From a virus: DNA of 32,866 nt. Below the pieces are notes generated by a model. That model made no database searches. It was not told the DNA's origin and saw only the letters and a program-made list of their open reading frames with translations. Made by a program: the position numbers and the translations under genes. Numbering within the stretch: position 1 is the stretch's first letter; each line of letters starts with the position of its first letter. The stretch is taken from IMG/VR virus record IMGVR_UViG_3300025706_000016; one strand, given 5' to 3'. Positions 25,409-31,503 of the stretch are shown piece after piece.

Positions 25409-25470
25409 GGTATGGAAGGGCGCGGGCGGGGAAAGGAGCGGAAGGGACGGGTAAGGTATGGCAGGTGAGG
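25409..25470 (+). other. G-rich, GGA-dense tract (downstream element) containing a G-quadruplex-type motif
   Basis: Hand count over 62 nt: G 35, A 15, T 6, C 6. Contains GGGcgcGGGcGGGGaaaggagcggaaGGGacGGG at 25418-25451. Confidence 0.5.
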
Positions 25471-25492
25471 AAAAAAACATTTAGGAGGTATT

Positions 25493-25960
25493 ATGATTTA
25501 TTCATGGGCAAAAGGAGCATCTTTTACTGCAGATGCAAATAAAGTAGGACAAGAACTTGAAGAGTTAGACAAAGTTTCTATTGATTCAGTTTTGAATAAA
25601 GCAAGAAATCCAAACACAGAGTTAAACAAGTGTTTCATTTGGGATGATTCAGAAGCAGCAGAGAAATATCGAAGACATCAGGCATCAATGTTGATTTCCA
25701 CTATCAAAGTAGAAATACAACCAGTCAATCCATCAACAGAACCTGTTGTTGTTCGTAGCTATGAAAGTATAAAGACCAACAATGATCGACACTTTGTTTT
25801 CACACCAAAAGCTATTTCAAAACCAGACGAAACTGCAATGATTCTTAGTCGGATTATGAGAGATATAAAATCTCTCGAAAAGAACCTTCAAGATTACAAA
25901 TCTATTCTAACGCCAGAAATCAAAGCAAGAGTAGAAAATCTTTTAGGATTCTTTTCCTAA
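25493..25960 (+). CDS. Hypothetical protein (155 aa)
   Basis: AGGAGG RBS. The FIWDDSEAAEKYRRHQASMLI motif looks like a conserved phage family that I cannot name. Confidence 0.7.
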   Translation: MIYSWAKGASFTADANKVGQELEELDKVSIDSVLNKARNPNTELNKCFIWDDSEAAEKYRRHQASMLISTIKVEIQPVNPSTEPVVVRSYESIKTNNDRHFVFTPKAISKPDETAMILSRIMRDIKSLEKNLQDYKSILTPEIKARVENLLGFFS

Positions 25961-25966
25961 TCTAAT

Positions 25967-25992
25967 AAAAACTCCTGAATAAGGAGTTTTTT
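25967..25992 (+). terminator. Rho-independent terminator closing the accessory island
   Basis: aaaaactcct-gaata-aggagttttt followed by a T tail. Confidence 0.8.
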
Positions 25993-26078
25993 ATTTATTT
26001 TTCAGCAAAATAATGCATACTTTATATAAGATAGTATTATTTTAATAAATGCAAAAAAAATAAAAAGTGAGGTAAAAA

Positions 26079-26405
26079 ATGGAAAATGAAGAGTTGAGAG
26101 ATTGTGTTCAAGATGTATTAGAGGAGATGAGAAAAAAGCAAAAAGAGTATAATAAACGAGCTGCTGATTATCATAAGCAATATTACTTAGACAATAAAGA
26201 AAAAATCACACAAAGAAACAGAGAGTATTATCTAACTCATAGACAAGAGCTTATTGCAAGACAGCTTGAATATAATAAAGAGCATCGTGATAAGGCAGCT
26301 GAAAGAACTAAAAGGTGGTATCATAAAAATAAAGAAAGATTAAATCAGGAAAGAAGAGAAGAAAGAGCTAAAAAAAAGGAGGAGAAGGATGCCAACAAGT
26401 TATGA
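26079..26405 (+). CDS. Basic coiled-coil protein with degenerate EYY..NKE repeats
   Basis: GTGAGG RBS. 108 aa, Lys/Arg/Glu-rich. Repeats include DYHKQYYLDNKEKI, NREYYLTHRQELI, LEYNKEHRDKA and KRWYHKNKERL. Confidence 0.65.
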   Translation: MENEELRDCVQDVLEEMRKKQKEYNKRAADYHKQYYLDNKEKITQRNREYYLTHRQELIARQLEYNKEHRDKAAERTKRWYHKNKERLNQERREERAKKKEEKDANKL

Positions 26406-26781
26406 GAAAGGAAATAAGTTTAGGGAAGAAACCGTCCCAAACATTATATTTCAACTGAATAGTAATATTCATAAATGTGGTGTTTGGATAGAAGTGTTAG
26501 AAAAACAAGGTAGTCATTGGGCACAATCACCTTGGTTTAGTAATGAAGTAAAAGCATTGATAGTGGGAAATGAAAAGATGTTATTCTTTTTAGATACAAA
26601 TACTGTTTTACATTATTTAGATAAGCACAAAGATGAGTTTAAGTTTAATAGTGGCAAAACAAGTATTGGATTAAACATTCCATTGAATAGTTTGACTGCT
26701 TTTCCTTGCTATCATGTAAATAAGAAAATGATTGATAAAACAGATATTCTTCATGTTGCTTCTGAGTTATTGAAAGTATGA
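26389..26781 (+). CDS. Hypothetical protein (130 aa)
   Basis: AGGAGG lies 6 nt before the ATG. Confidence 0.65.
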   Translation: MPTSYEKGNKFREETVPNIIFQLNSNIHKCGVWIEVLEKQGSHWAQSPWFSNEVKALIVGNEKMLFFLDTNTVLHYLDKHKDEFKFNSGKTSIGLNIPLNSLTAFPCYHVNKKMIDKTDILHVASELLKV

Positions 26782-27026
26782 CGATAAGAGAAAATGCTAA
26801 AAGATTATTATTGAATCAATCTTGCTCAACTTGTTTTAATGGACAAAAAGTTGCTTTTAGTGATGGCAAAGTGGAGATTAGATGTTATCATAACTTGAAG
26901 CAAGTTGAGCCATATCATTATTGTAAAAAATATTATCCATATCCTAAGGAGTTAGAATGTCTAATAGAACAGCTTCAACCTGGTGGTATAAAAATGAAGA
27001 TGCAAAACAAAAGCTTTTGCAAGTAA
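26778..27026 (+). CDS. Small Cys-rich (zinc-ribbon-like) protein, paralog a
   Basis: ATGA overlap with the upstream stop. The N-terminus ENAKRLLLNQSCSTC is shared with the ORFs at 29572 and 29880. A later HYCKKY motif is also present. Confidence 0.6.
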   Translation: MTIRENAKRLLLNQSCSTCFNGQKVAFSDGKVEIRCYHNLKQVEPYHYCKKYYPYPKELECLIEQLQPGGIKMKMQNKSFCK

Positions 27027-27115
27027 TAACAAAATATAATGGTCCTGAGGAACCTGAGCCAGATCAAGAAAATAACTGTATTTTTCTTTGTGAAGACAGG
27101 TGGGTGGTCTGTTAG
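26957..27115 (+). CDS. Unlisted 52-aa ORF with a strong RBS
   Basis: AAGGAG lies 6 nt before ATG 26957. It reads MSNRTASTWWYKNEDAKQKLLQVITKYNGPEEPEPDQENNCIFLCEDRWVVC and overlaps both neighbouring track ORFs. Confidence 0.4.
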   Translation: MSNRTASTWWYKNEDAKQKLLQVITKYNGPEEPEPDQENNCIFLCEDRWVVC

Positions 27116-27299
27116 GTTTCAAAATGTGAATCCTAAAACAATAGGGGATGTTGATTTACAAATGCTTCTTTTTCATGGGAACAGCCCAGAGATAATAAAA
27201 GCAAGAATAGAAAAACTAAAAGAGATTGGTCTTGAGAAAGAAACAAATGATTTTCTATCCAAGTTTTCTTTTATATATGATAAAATATTGAAAGAGTAA
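27039..27299 (+). CDS. Hypothetical protein; start uncertain
   Basis: There is no RBS before ATG 27039. The C-terminal two thirds (GDVDLQMLLFHGNSPEIIKARIEKLKEIGLEKE...) look like real coding sequence. Confidence 0.45.
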   Translation: MVLRNLSQIKKITVFFFVKTGGWSVRFQNVNPKTIGDVDLQMLLFHGNSPEIIKARIEKLKEIGLEKETNDFLSKFSFIYDKILKE

Positions 27300-27374
27300 A
27301 GCATATTTAGAGTATAAATAAAATCGTTGCGGAGATTTTGTTTATCCATTTACGGGAGTGAGTGGAGGATATGA

Positions 27375-27412
27375 CCCTGAGATGCTACCGCAATAGCATT
27401 TCGGGGTTTTTT
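27375..27412 (+). terminator. Rho-independent terminator, 16 nt upstream of the next gene's ATG
   Basis: ccctgagatgct-accgcaat-agcatttcgggg forms a 12-bp stem with 2 G-U pairs, followed by tttttt. Confidence 0.75.
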
Positions 27413-27428
27413 ATTAAGGAGAAACATT

Positions 27429-27614
27429 ATGAATCAAGATTTATTAAAGATGATGAAAAACTATGTTTCAAACATGGACAATCAATATCTTCGTAGAGAT
27501 TTGATTGAATGCTTACAACCTGAAGAACTTGTAGAATATGAAACTGCAGCAAGAAAAGAACTTGGTTTAGACACATCAGCATATACTTTTCATAAAAACC
27601 CAAACTTTAACTAA
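27429..27614 (+). CDS. Hypothetical protein (61 aa)
   Basis: AAGGAG RBS. Confidence 0.6.
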   Translation: MNQDLLKMMKNYVSNMDNQYLRRDLIECLQPEELVEYETAARKELGLDTSAYTFHKNPNFN

Positions 27615-27646
27615 ACATCTTTCACATACACACATCCTTATACATT

Positions 27647-27674
27647 TAGACCTATTTAATATAGGTCTATTTTC
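27647..27674 (+). terminator. Hairpin terminator just upstream of the helicase gene
   Basis: tagacctat-ttaat-ataggtcta followed by ttttc. A TTTAGA -35-like hexamer at 27645-27650 overlaps the stem. Confidence 0.6.
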
Positions 27675-27690
27675 TTATTAAGGGGGAAGA

Positions 27691-28983
27691 ATGAAAGAAC
27701 TTATACCTGTTTTACTATCACATCCGAACGATATCCCACCATTTATTGAAAATGATTTCTTTGACAAGGATATTGCTCGGAAACTTGGACTTGTCTATGA
27801 ACAATATAAGAAGACAAATAAGATTATATCATTAGATTTAGCAAAATCAGTATTTGATATAAATACATTAGAAACAAATGAGGCAGATTTAGAATATGCC
27901 TATCAACAACTTGAACAATGGAATGTTTTACAGTTTTTAAACAAAGCAGTAGATAAACAAGAAACATCATGGCAAGAAATAGAAACATTACAAAATAAAT
28001 ATAAAAAAACATATGGTGATAAAACTAAATCATCTACATCATTCAGCAGTTATGAAGACATTGATAAAATATATAAAGATTTTCAACAAACAACCATTGA
28101 TACTATATCAACAGGTTATCCATCATTTGATACTATGTTAAATGAACAAAAAGGATGGATGAGAAAAGGTTTATATTCTGTAATGGGATTAAGTGGATAT
28201 GGAAAATCTATATTTTTAACCAACTTCGCTCGTTCATCATTTCAAAATAATCAAAAGGTATTATACATATCAACAGAAATGACAGAACCTGAAATAAATG
28301 AAAGGTTCTTTAAAAGTCTTACTAATAAAACTACATTTCAAGAAGCATTTCTACATATTCAAAAATACAAACTTAAATATGAAGGTTCATTTCAGGTTAT
28401 TAAAATAGACCCATACGATGCTACTGTAAATGATATCCAAAACATTATCGATAAAGTTGAAGTAAAACCAGACATTTTGTACATTGACTATGCTGATGAA
28501 CTTTTACCTGATGTAAAAGTAAATAGTGAATATGATGCTCAAGGAAACGTTTATTCAAGATTAAAGAAGTTAGCAAATGAAAATAATATACCTGTTATAA
28601 CAGCAACACAGACAAATAGAACTGCCGAAGCAGAAAACGGTGGAACAAAGACATATGTTGGATTTGGAGCCATTGCTGATTCTTCAAAGAAAATAAGATT
28701 AGTAGATGGTTTATTTAGTATTATACAACAAAACGGAGATAGAGAAGAGAATAAAATCTATCTTCAAATAGTGAAAAATAGAAAATCAAAATCAGGTGAA
28801 ATGTTAGAGTTCAATATTGATTATTCTACTATGAGAATAAATGAATCAGGTATAGTTCCACTTAAAGACATTATTAAGAAAAATAGGGATTCAAAAATAC
28901 AAGAAAAGAAAAGCACATTAAACATGATGACAACTCCACAAGAGTTTGATGAAAGATTGAAAGATAAAAGAGGTAAAATATGA
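27691..28983 (+). CDS. DnaB-like replicative DNA helicase (RecA-fold C-terminal domain)
   Basis: Walker A GLSGYGKS, Walker B ILYIDYADEL, and ITATQTNR. 430 aa. Confidence 0.8.
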   Translation: MKELIPVLLSHPNDIPPFIENDFFDKDIARKLGLVYEQYKKTNKIISLDLAKSVFDINTLETNEADLEYAYQQLEQWNVLQFLNKAVDKQETSWQEIETLQNKYKKTYGDKTKSSTSFSSYEDIDKIYKDFQQTTIDTISTGYPSFDTMLNEQKGWMRKGLYSVMGLSGYGKSIFLTNFARSSFQNNQKVLYISTEMTEPEINERFFKSLTNKTTFQEAFLHIQKYKLKYEGSFQVIKIDPYDATVNDIQNIIDKVEVKPDILYIDYADELLPDVKVNSEYDAQGNVYSRLKKLANENNIPVITATQTNRTAEAENGGTKTYVGFGAIADSSKKIRLVDGLFSIIQQNGDREENKIYLQIVKNRKSKSGEMLEFNIDYSTMRINESGIVPLKDIIKKNRDSKIQEKKSTLNMMTTPQEFDERLKDKRGKI

Positions 28984-29312
28984 AGTTTAATAATAAAAAT
29001 AGAGGTTATAGCCAGTTATATTGGGTTATTGCTGATAAAATGAATCCTTATACTTTAAGTGTTTATTATCTTATTAAGAGTTATGCAGGGTTTAAGAGTT
29101 TTGGACTATCAATAAGACAAATAGCACAAAGATGTGGTATGAGTTTTGGAAAGGCACAAGAAAGTTTTAAGAAAATAAAAGAAATAGGACTTATAAAACT
29201 ATCTAAACAAACAAGTTATTTTGAAGCAGACGAATATGATGTTTGTGATGATGAACTTGCTATGCAACTTGACCCTGATGGAACATATAATAATAACAGG
29301 TTTATTGAATAA
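28980..29312 (+). CDS. Winged-helix DNA-binding protein; replication initiator or helicase-loader candidate
   Basis: ATGA overlap with the helicase stop. HTH-like LSIRQIAQRCGMSFGKAQESFKKIKEIGLI. Confidence 0.5.
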   Translation: MKFNNKNRGYSQLYWVIADKMNPYTLSVYYLIKSYAGFKSFGLSIRQIAQRCGMSFGKAQESFKKIKEIGLIKLSKQTSYFEADEYDVCDDELAMQLDPDGTYNNNRFIE

Positions 29313-29327
29313 CCTTCTCGTGCGCTT

Positions 29328-29361
29328 TTGTATTGATCATATGGTGATCTATAATAGATCA
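29328..29361 (+). promoter_or_regulatory. Promoter TTGTAT-N16-TATAAT overlapped by nested palindromes and three GATC sites at 11-bp spacing
   Basis: -35 at 29328-29333 and -10 at 29350-29355. GATC at 29335, 29346 and 29357. Inverted repeat GATCA-N5-TGATC at 29335-29349. Perfect palindrome TGATCT-ATAAT-AGATCA at 29345-29361. Confidence 0.55.
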
Positions 29362-29571
29362 TGGGATGATATACTTATATATAATAGCACGCTCTTTTAT
29401 GGAGCGTGCATATGAAAGAACTGGTTGCAGTTATTGCATGTAATAAGTGCATCGTTCTTAAATAAAGGGGCTTCTTTAGGAAGCCCTTTAAATAGTAAAG
29501 AGCTGAAGTTTCTGTTCAGAAGAGAGAAGATTAAATCACCCCGCCGGGGCATAGTTTATTAAGGAGAAAGC

Positions 29572-29883
29572 ATGAAAATAGATGAACAAGCAAAATCACT
29601 TCTTCAAGGTCAAAGCTGTAAAACTTGTAAAAATCTCTTTTGTCCAGAAAACGGATTTATGAGAATAAAAGGTGAAACAGAGTGGGGAACTATGCAAATC
29701 TGTCAAATAAATAAAACAGAAACTAAACTTGATGATTGGTGTGATAAGTGGTCAGGTCGTCTAAACGACGATGATATAAGAGAAGTAGCAAAACTTTTAA
29801 ATAGTCGTTGTAGTAATCAATCCCGGCTTGCAACAAGAATACTCTTACAAATCCTGATTGAAAAAGAGAGAGAGAAACTATGA
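29572..29883 (+). CDS. Small Cys-rich (zinc-ribbon-like) protein, paralog b
   Basis: AAGGAG RBS. EQAKSLLQGQSCKTC...DWCDKW. Confidence 0.65.
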   Translation: MKIDEQAKSLLQGQSCKTCKNLFCPENGFMRIKGETEWGTMQICQINKTETKLDDWCDKWSGRLNDDDIREVAKLLNSRCSNQSRLATRILLQILIEKEREKL

Positions 29884-29972
29884 AAATAGAAGAGAAAGCA
29901 AAATACTTATTAGAGGGTAAATCTTGTGATAACTGTTTCTATATGACTTTTTGTTCAAAAACATCTTCATAA
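29880..29972 (+). CDS. Truncated third copy of the Cys-rich family (30 aa); possibly a pseudogene
   Basis: ATGA overlap with paralog b. MKIEEKAKYLLEGKSCDNCFYMTFCSKTSS, then a stop. Confidence 0.35.
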   Translation: MKIEEKAKYLLEGKSCDNCFYMTFCSKTSS

Positions 29973-30003
29973 TGTTTGGAAAACAATAACTGATCAGGTT
30001 GAA

Positions 30004-30324
30004 GTGAAATACCCTTATTTGTCATCATTTGTAAAGTTTGGTCTTGATACATATATGATGAATATGATAACCTTTTACGAATTAAAAGAGTATTCTAATA
30101 AGGCTCATATCATAAGAGATAATTGGGATCTCTTCCAAGAGATATTAAAAGAAAACCCTTCAGAAGGTTATATGTTTGAGTGGTCCGAATTAGGTGTGGA
30201 TATATGGAAGATAAATACTGATCCTGATCAACCTGGTTTGAGAGTAGCAATAACACCAGCAGATAAAAGAAAAATGATAGATAAATATGTTTTTGAATTA
30301 AACAAAGAGTTAATGAATGAATAA
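30004..30324 (+). CDS. Hypothetical protein; start uncertain (GTG 30004 or a downstream ATG)
   Basis: The frame is open from 29947. The RBS before the GTG is weak. Confidence 0.5.
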   Translation: MKYPYLSSFVKFGLDTYMMNMITFYELKEYSNKAHIIRDNWDLFQEILKENPSEGYMFEWSELGVDIWKINTDPDQPGLRVAITPADKRKMIDKYVFELNKELMNE

Positions 30325-30336
30325 TAAAGGAGTAAT

Positions 30337-31086
30337 ATGATAAACATCAGAAACAGTTTGCAACAATTCAACCCCCTTGTCATAGAAGATAAGGGTCTAA
30401 TTATCACTGGTTATGATAACTTAGAGGTATTAAAGAGTATGCCAGATGGGTGTGTGGATAACATATATATTGATCCGCCATTCCTCACGAACAAGACCTG
30501 GGAGAAGAACGGTTGGACTTTCCACGACCACTTTGATAATATGTGGGAATATCTTTATTTTTTAGGTGAGCGTCTTGTAGAAGCAAAAAGAGTTATGAGA
30601 GAGAGTATAATAACTTACGATGGAACTAACTTTTATAGAGATGGACTGGTTATATCTTATCAACCTCTCATAAATAAACTAACTACTGACTGGCTTTCCT
30701 CTAAGCAGAAGACAAAAGAGGTAAGTAAAGGTAAAAAGTTAGGTGCTTCCATCTTTGTCCATATTGACTATAGAACAAATAACGAAGTAAAGACATACCT
30801 TATGGACCCTTTGTTTGGTGAAGGTGCAGGTGCTCTTACCTTAGATGATGTTCAAACCTTGATGCAAAGTAAAATAGGTAAGCAACTACATACTCCAGTA
30901 TCTGTGCCTAAAGTAGATATAACAGATGGACCTTGTATTTGTATGGACTTCTTCGGAGGGTCACATAGTTATGCTGCTGCTGCCTGGAAAACAGGTAGGA
31001 GGTTTATATCGATAGAGTTAAATAAGTCAGAAGAGTTATTCTACAAACAGATAGGTGATACCAAGTTTGGTGAGGATAGAGAGTAA
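30337..31086 (+). CDS. Beta-class N6/N4 DNA methyltransferase core: motif IV plus motif I, without the usual middle region
   Basis: AAGGAG RBS. VDNIYIDPPF (motif IV), ASIFVHIDYR, and ICMDFFGGSHSYAAAAWKTGRRFISIELN (motifs I-II). I see no hE.ilw..K or HPTxKP segment. Confidence 0.75.
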   Translation: MINIRNSLQQFNPLVIEDKGLIITGYDNLEVLKSMPDGCVDNIYIDPPFLTNKTWEKNGWTFHDHFDNMWEYLYFLGERLVEAKRVMRESIITYDGTNFYRDGLVISYQPLINKLTTDWLSSKQKTKEVSKGKKLGASIFVHIDYRTNNEVKTYLMDPLFGEGAGALTLDDVQTLMQSKIGKQLHTPVSVPKVDITDGPCICMDFFGGSHSYAAAAWKTGRRFISIELNKSEELFYKQIGDTKFGEDRE

Positions 31087-31087
31087 T

Positions 31088-31501
31088 ATGTTCATAGGAC
31101 AATTCATCTGGAAGAATATAAAAGGTATAGGGTTTATTAAAAACCCCAAGAGTTTTACAATAGCAAACCATAACTATGACATCATATTGTGGTATGGAAA
31201 CCAATTTGTTTATGAAGAAGCAAAGTTTGACTTTCCTAAACAAGATGAAAAAGGTAAATATAGAATAACTACTTCTGGTGGCTGGAAATATAAAGATAAA
31301 GAAAGGTTGATAAAAAGATATGGTGATAGGTTGGTTTATACTAAAGCAGGTGAAATAGCAGGTACTAAAATATATGAAGGTAATAAGAGTTATATAGGTA
31401 TTAGATGTTTATTAGATGACTTGGGTGGGAATAATAAGATATACCCAACAGCAAAGCCATATAAATTATTAAGGAGGATAATATCTTTATCAACCAAATA
31501 G
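31088..31501 (+). CDS. Stand-alone middle (TRD / PTxKP) module of a beta-class methyltransferase, variant 1
   Basis: ATG 31088 lies 1 nt after the stop of the previous ORF. FIWKN, NHNYDIILWYGN, and a C-terminal YPTAKPYKLLRRIISLST. Confidence 0.65.
   Translation: MFIGQFIWKNIKGIGFIKNPKSFTIANHNYDIILWYGNQFVYEEAKFDFPKQDEKGKYRITTSGGWKYKDKERLIKRYGDRLVYTKAGEIAGTKIYEGNKSYIGIRCLLDDLGGNNKIYPTAKPYKLLRRIISLSTK
31441..31476 (+). repeat. 36-nt direct repeat, copy 1 (34/36 identical to 31869-31904)
   Basis: atacccaacagcaaagccatataaattattaaggag. Confidence 0.85.
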
Positions 31502-31503
31502 CA

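Noticed and set aside
25270-25542. 90-aa ORF spanning the end of CDS 24780-25370, its terminator and the G-rich tract
   Set aside because: It runs through a terminator hairpin and overlaps two better-supported genes. It is open only because of the G-rich composition, and it has no RBS.
27341-27349. DnaA-box-like TTATCCATT
   Set aside because: It is a single 7/9 match with no clustering, which is expected by chance in AT-rich DNA.
27327-27400. tRNA-like gene in the 27300-27428 leader (GCGGAG...CCGCA)
   Set aside because: There is no 7-bp acceptor stem, no T-loop (GTTCRANNC), no D-loop consensus and no cloverleaf spacing. An attenuator or terminator structure explains it better.
29221-29415. 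64-aa ORF overlapping the end of the wHTH gene and the palindromic intergenic region
   Set aside because: It has no RBS. It overlaps a supported CDS and crosses promoter and palindrome elements.
29412-29465. 17-aa micro-ORF (MKELVAVIACNKCIVLK) with GGAG 7 nt upstream
   Set aside because: It is too short to support from sequence alone. The GGAG is part of a hairpin stem. It could be a leader peptide, but I have no further evidence.
31055-31087. Upstream GTG start (31055) for methyltransferase module B, and GTG 31934 for the MT-A70 gene
   Set aside because: ATG 31088 follows the upstream stop by 1 nt and removes a 32-nt overlap. ATG 31940 has optimal AAGGAG spacing, whereas GTG 31934 overlaps the SD itself.
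313-31243. All minus-strand ORFs in the track: 313-585, 4580-4771, 4778-4963, 5581-5787, 6254-6538, 9961-10224, 10802-11020, 13413-13601, 14034-14453, 14606-14845, 15294-15578, 21294-21578, 23340-23561, 23787-24032, 24168-24434, 24292-24561, 27824-28012 and 31004-31243
   Set aside because: Each lies antisense within, or across the junction of, better-supported + strand genes. None has a Shine-Dalgarno sequence. Their compositions are low-complexity and typical of antisense frames of AT-rich genes. The genome is otherwise strictly unidirectional.
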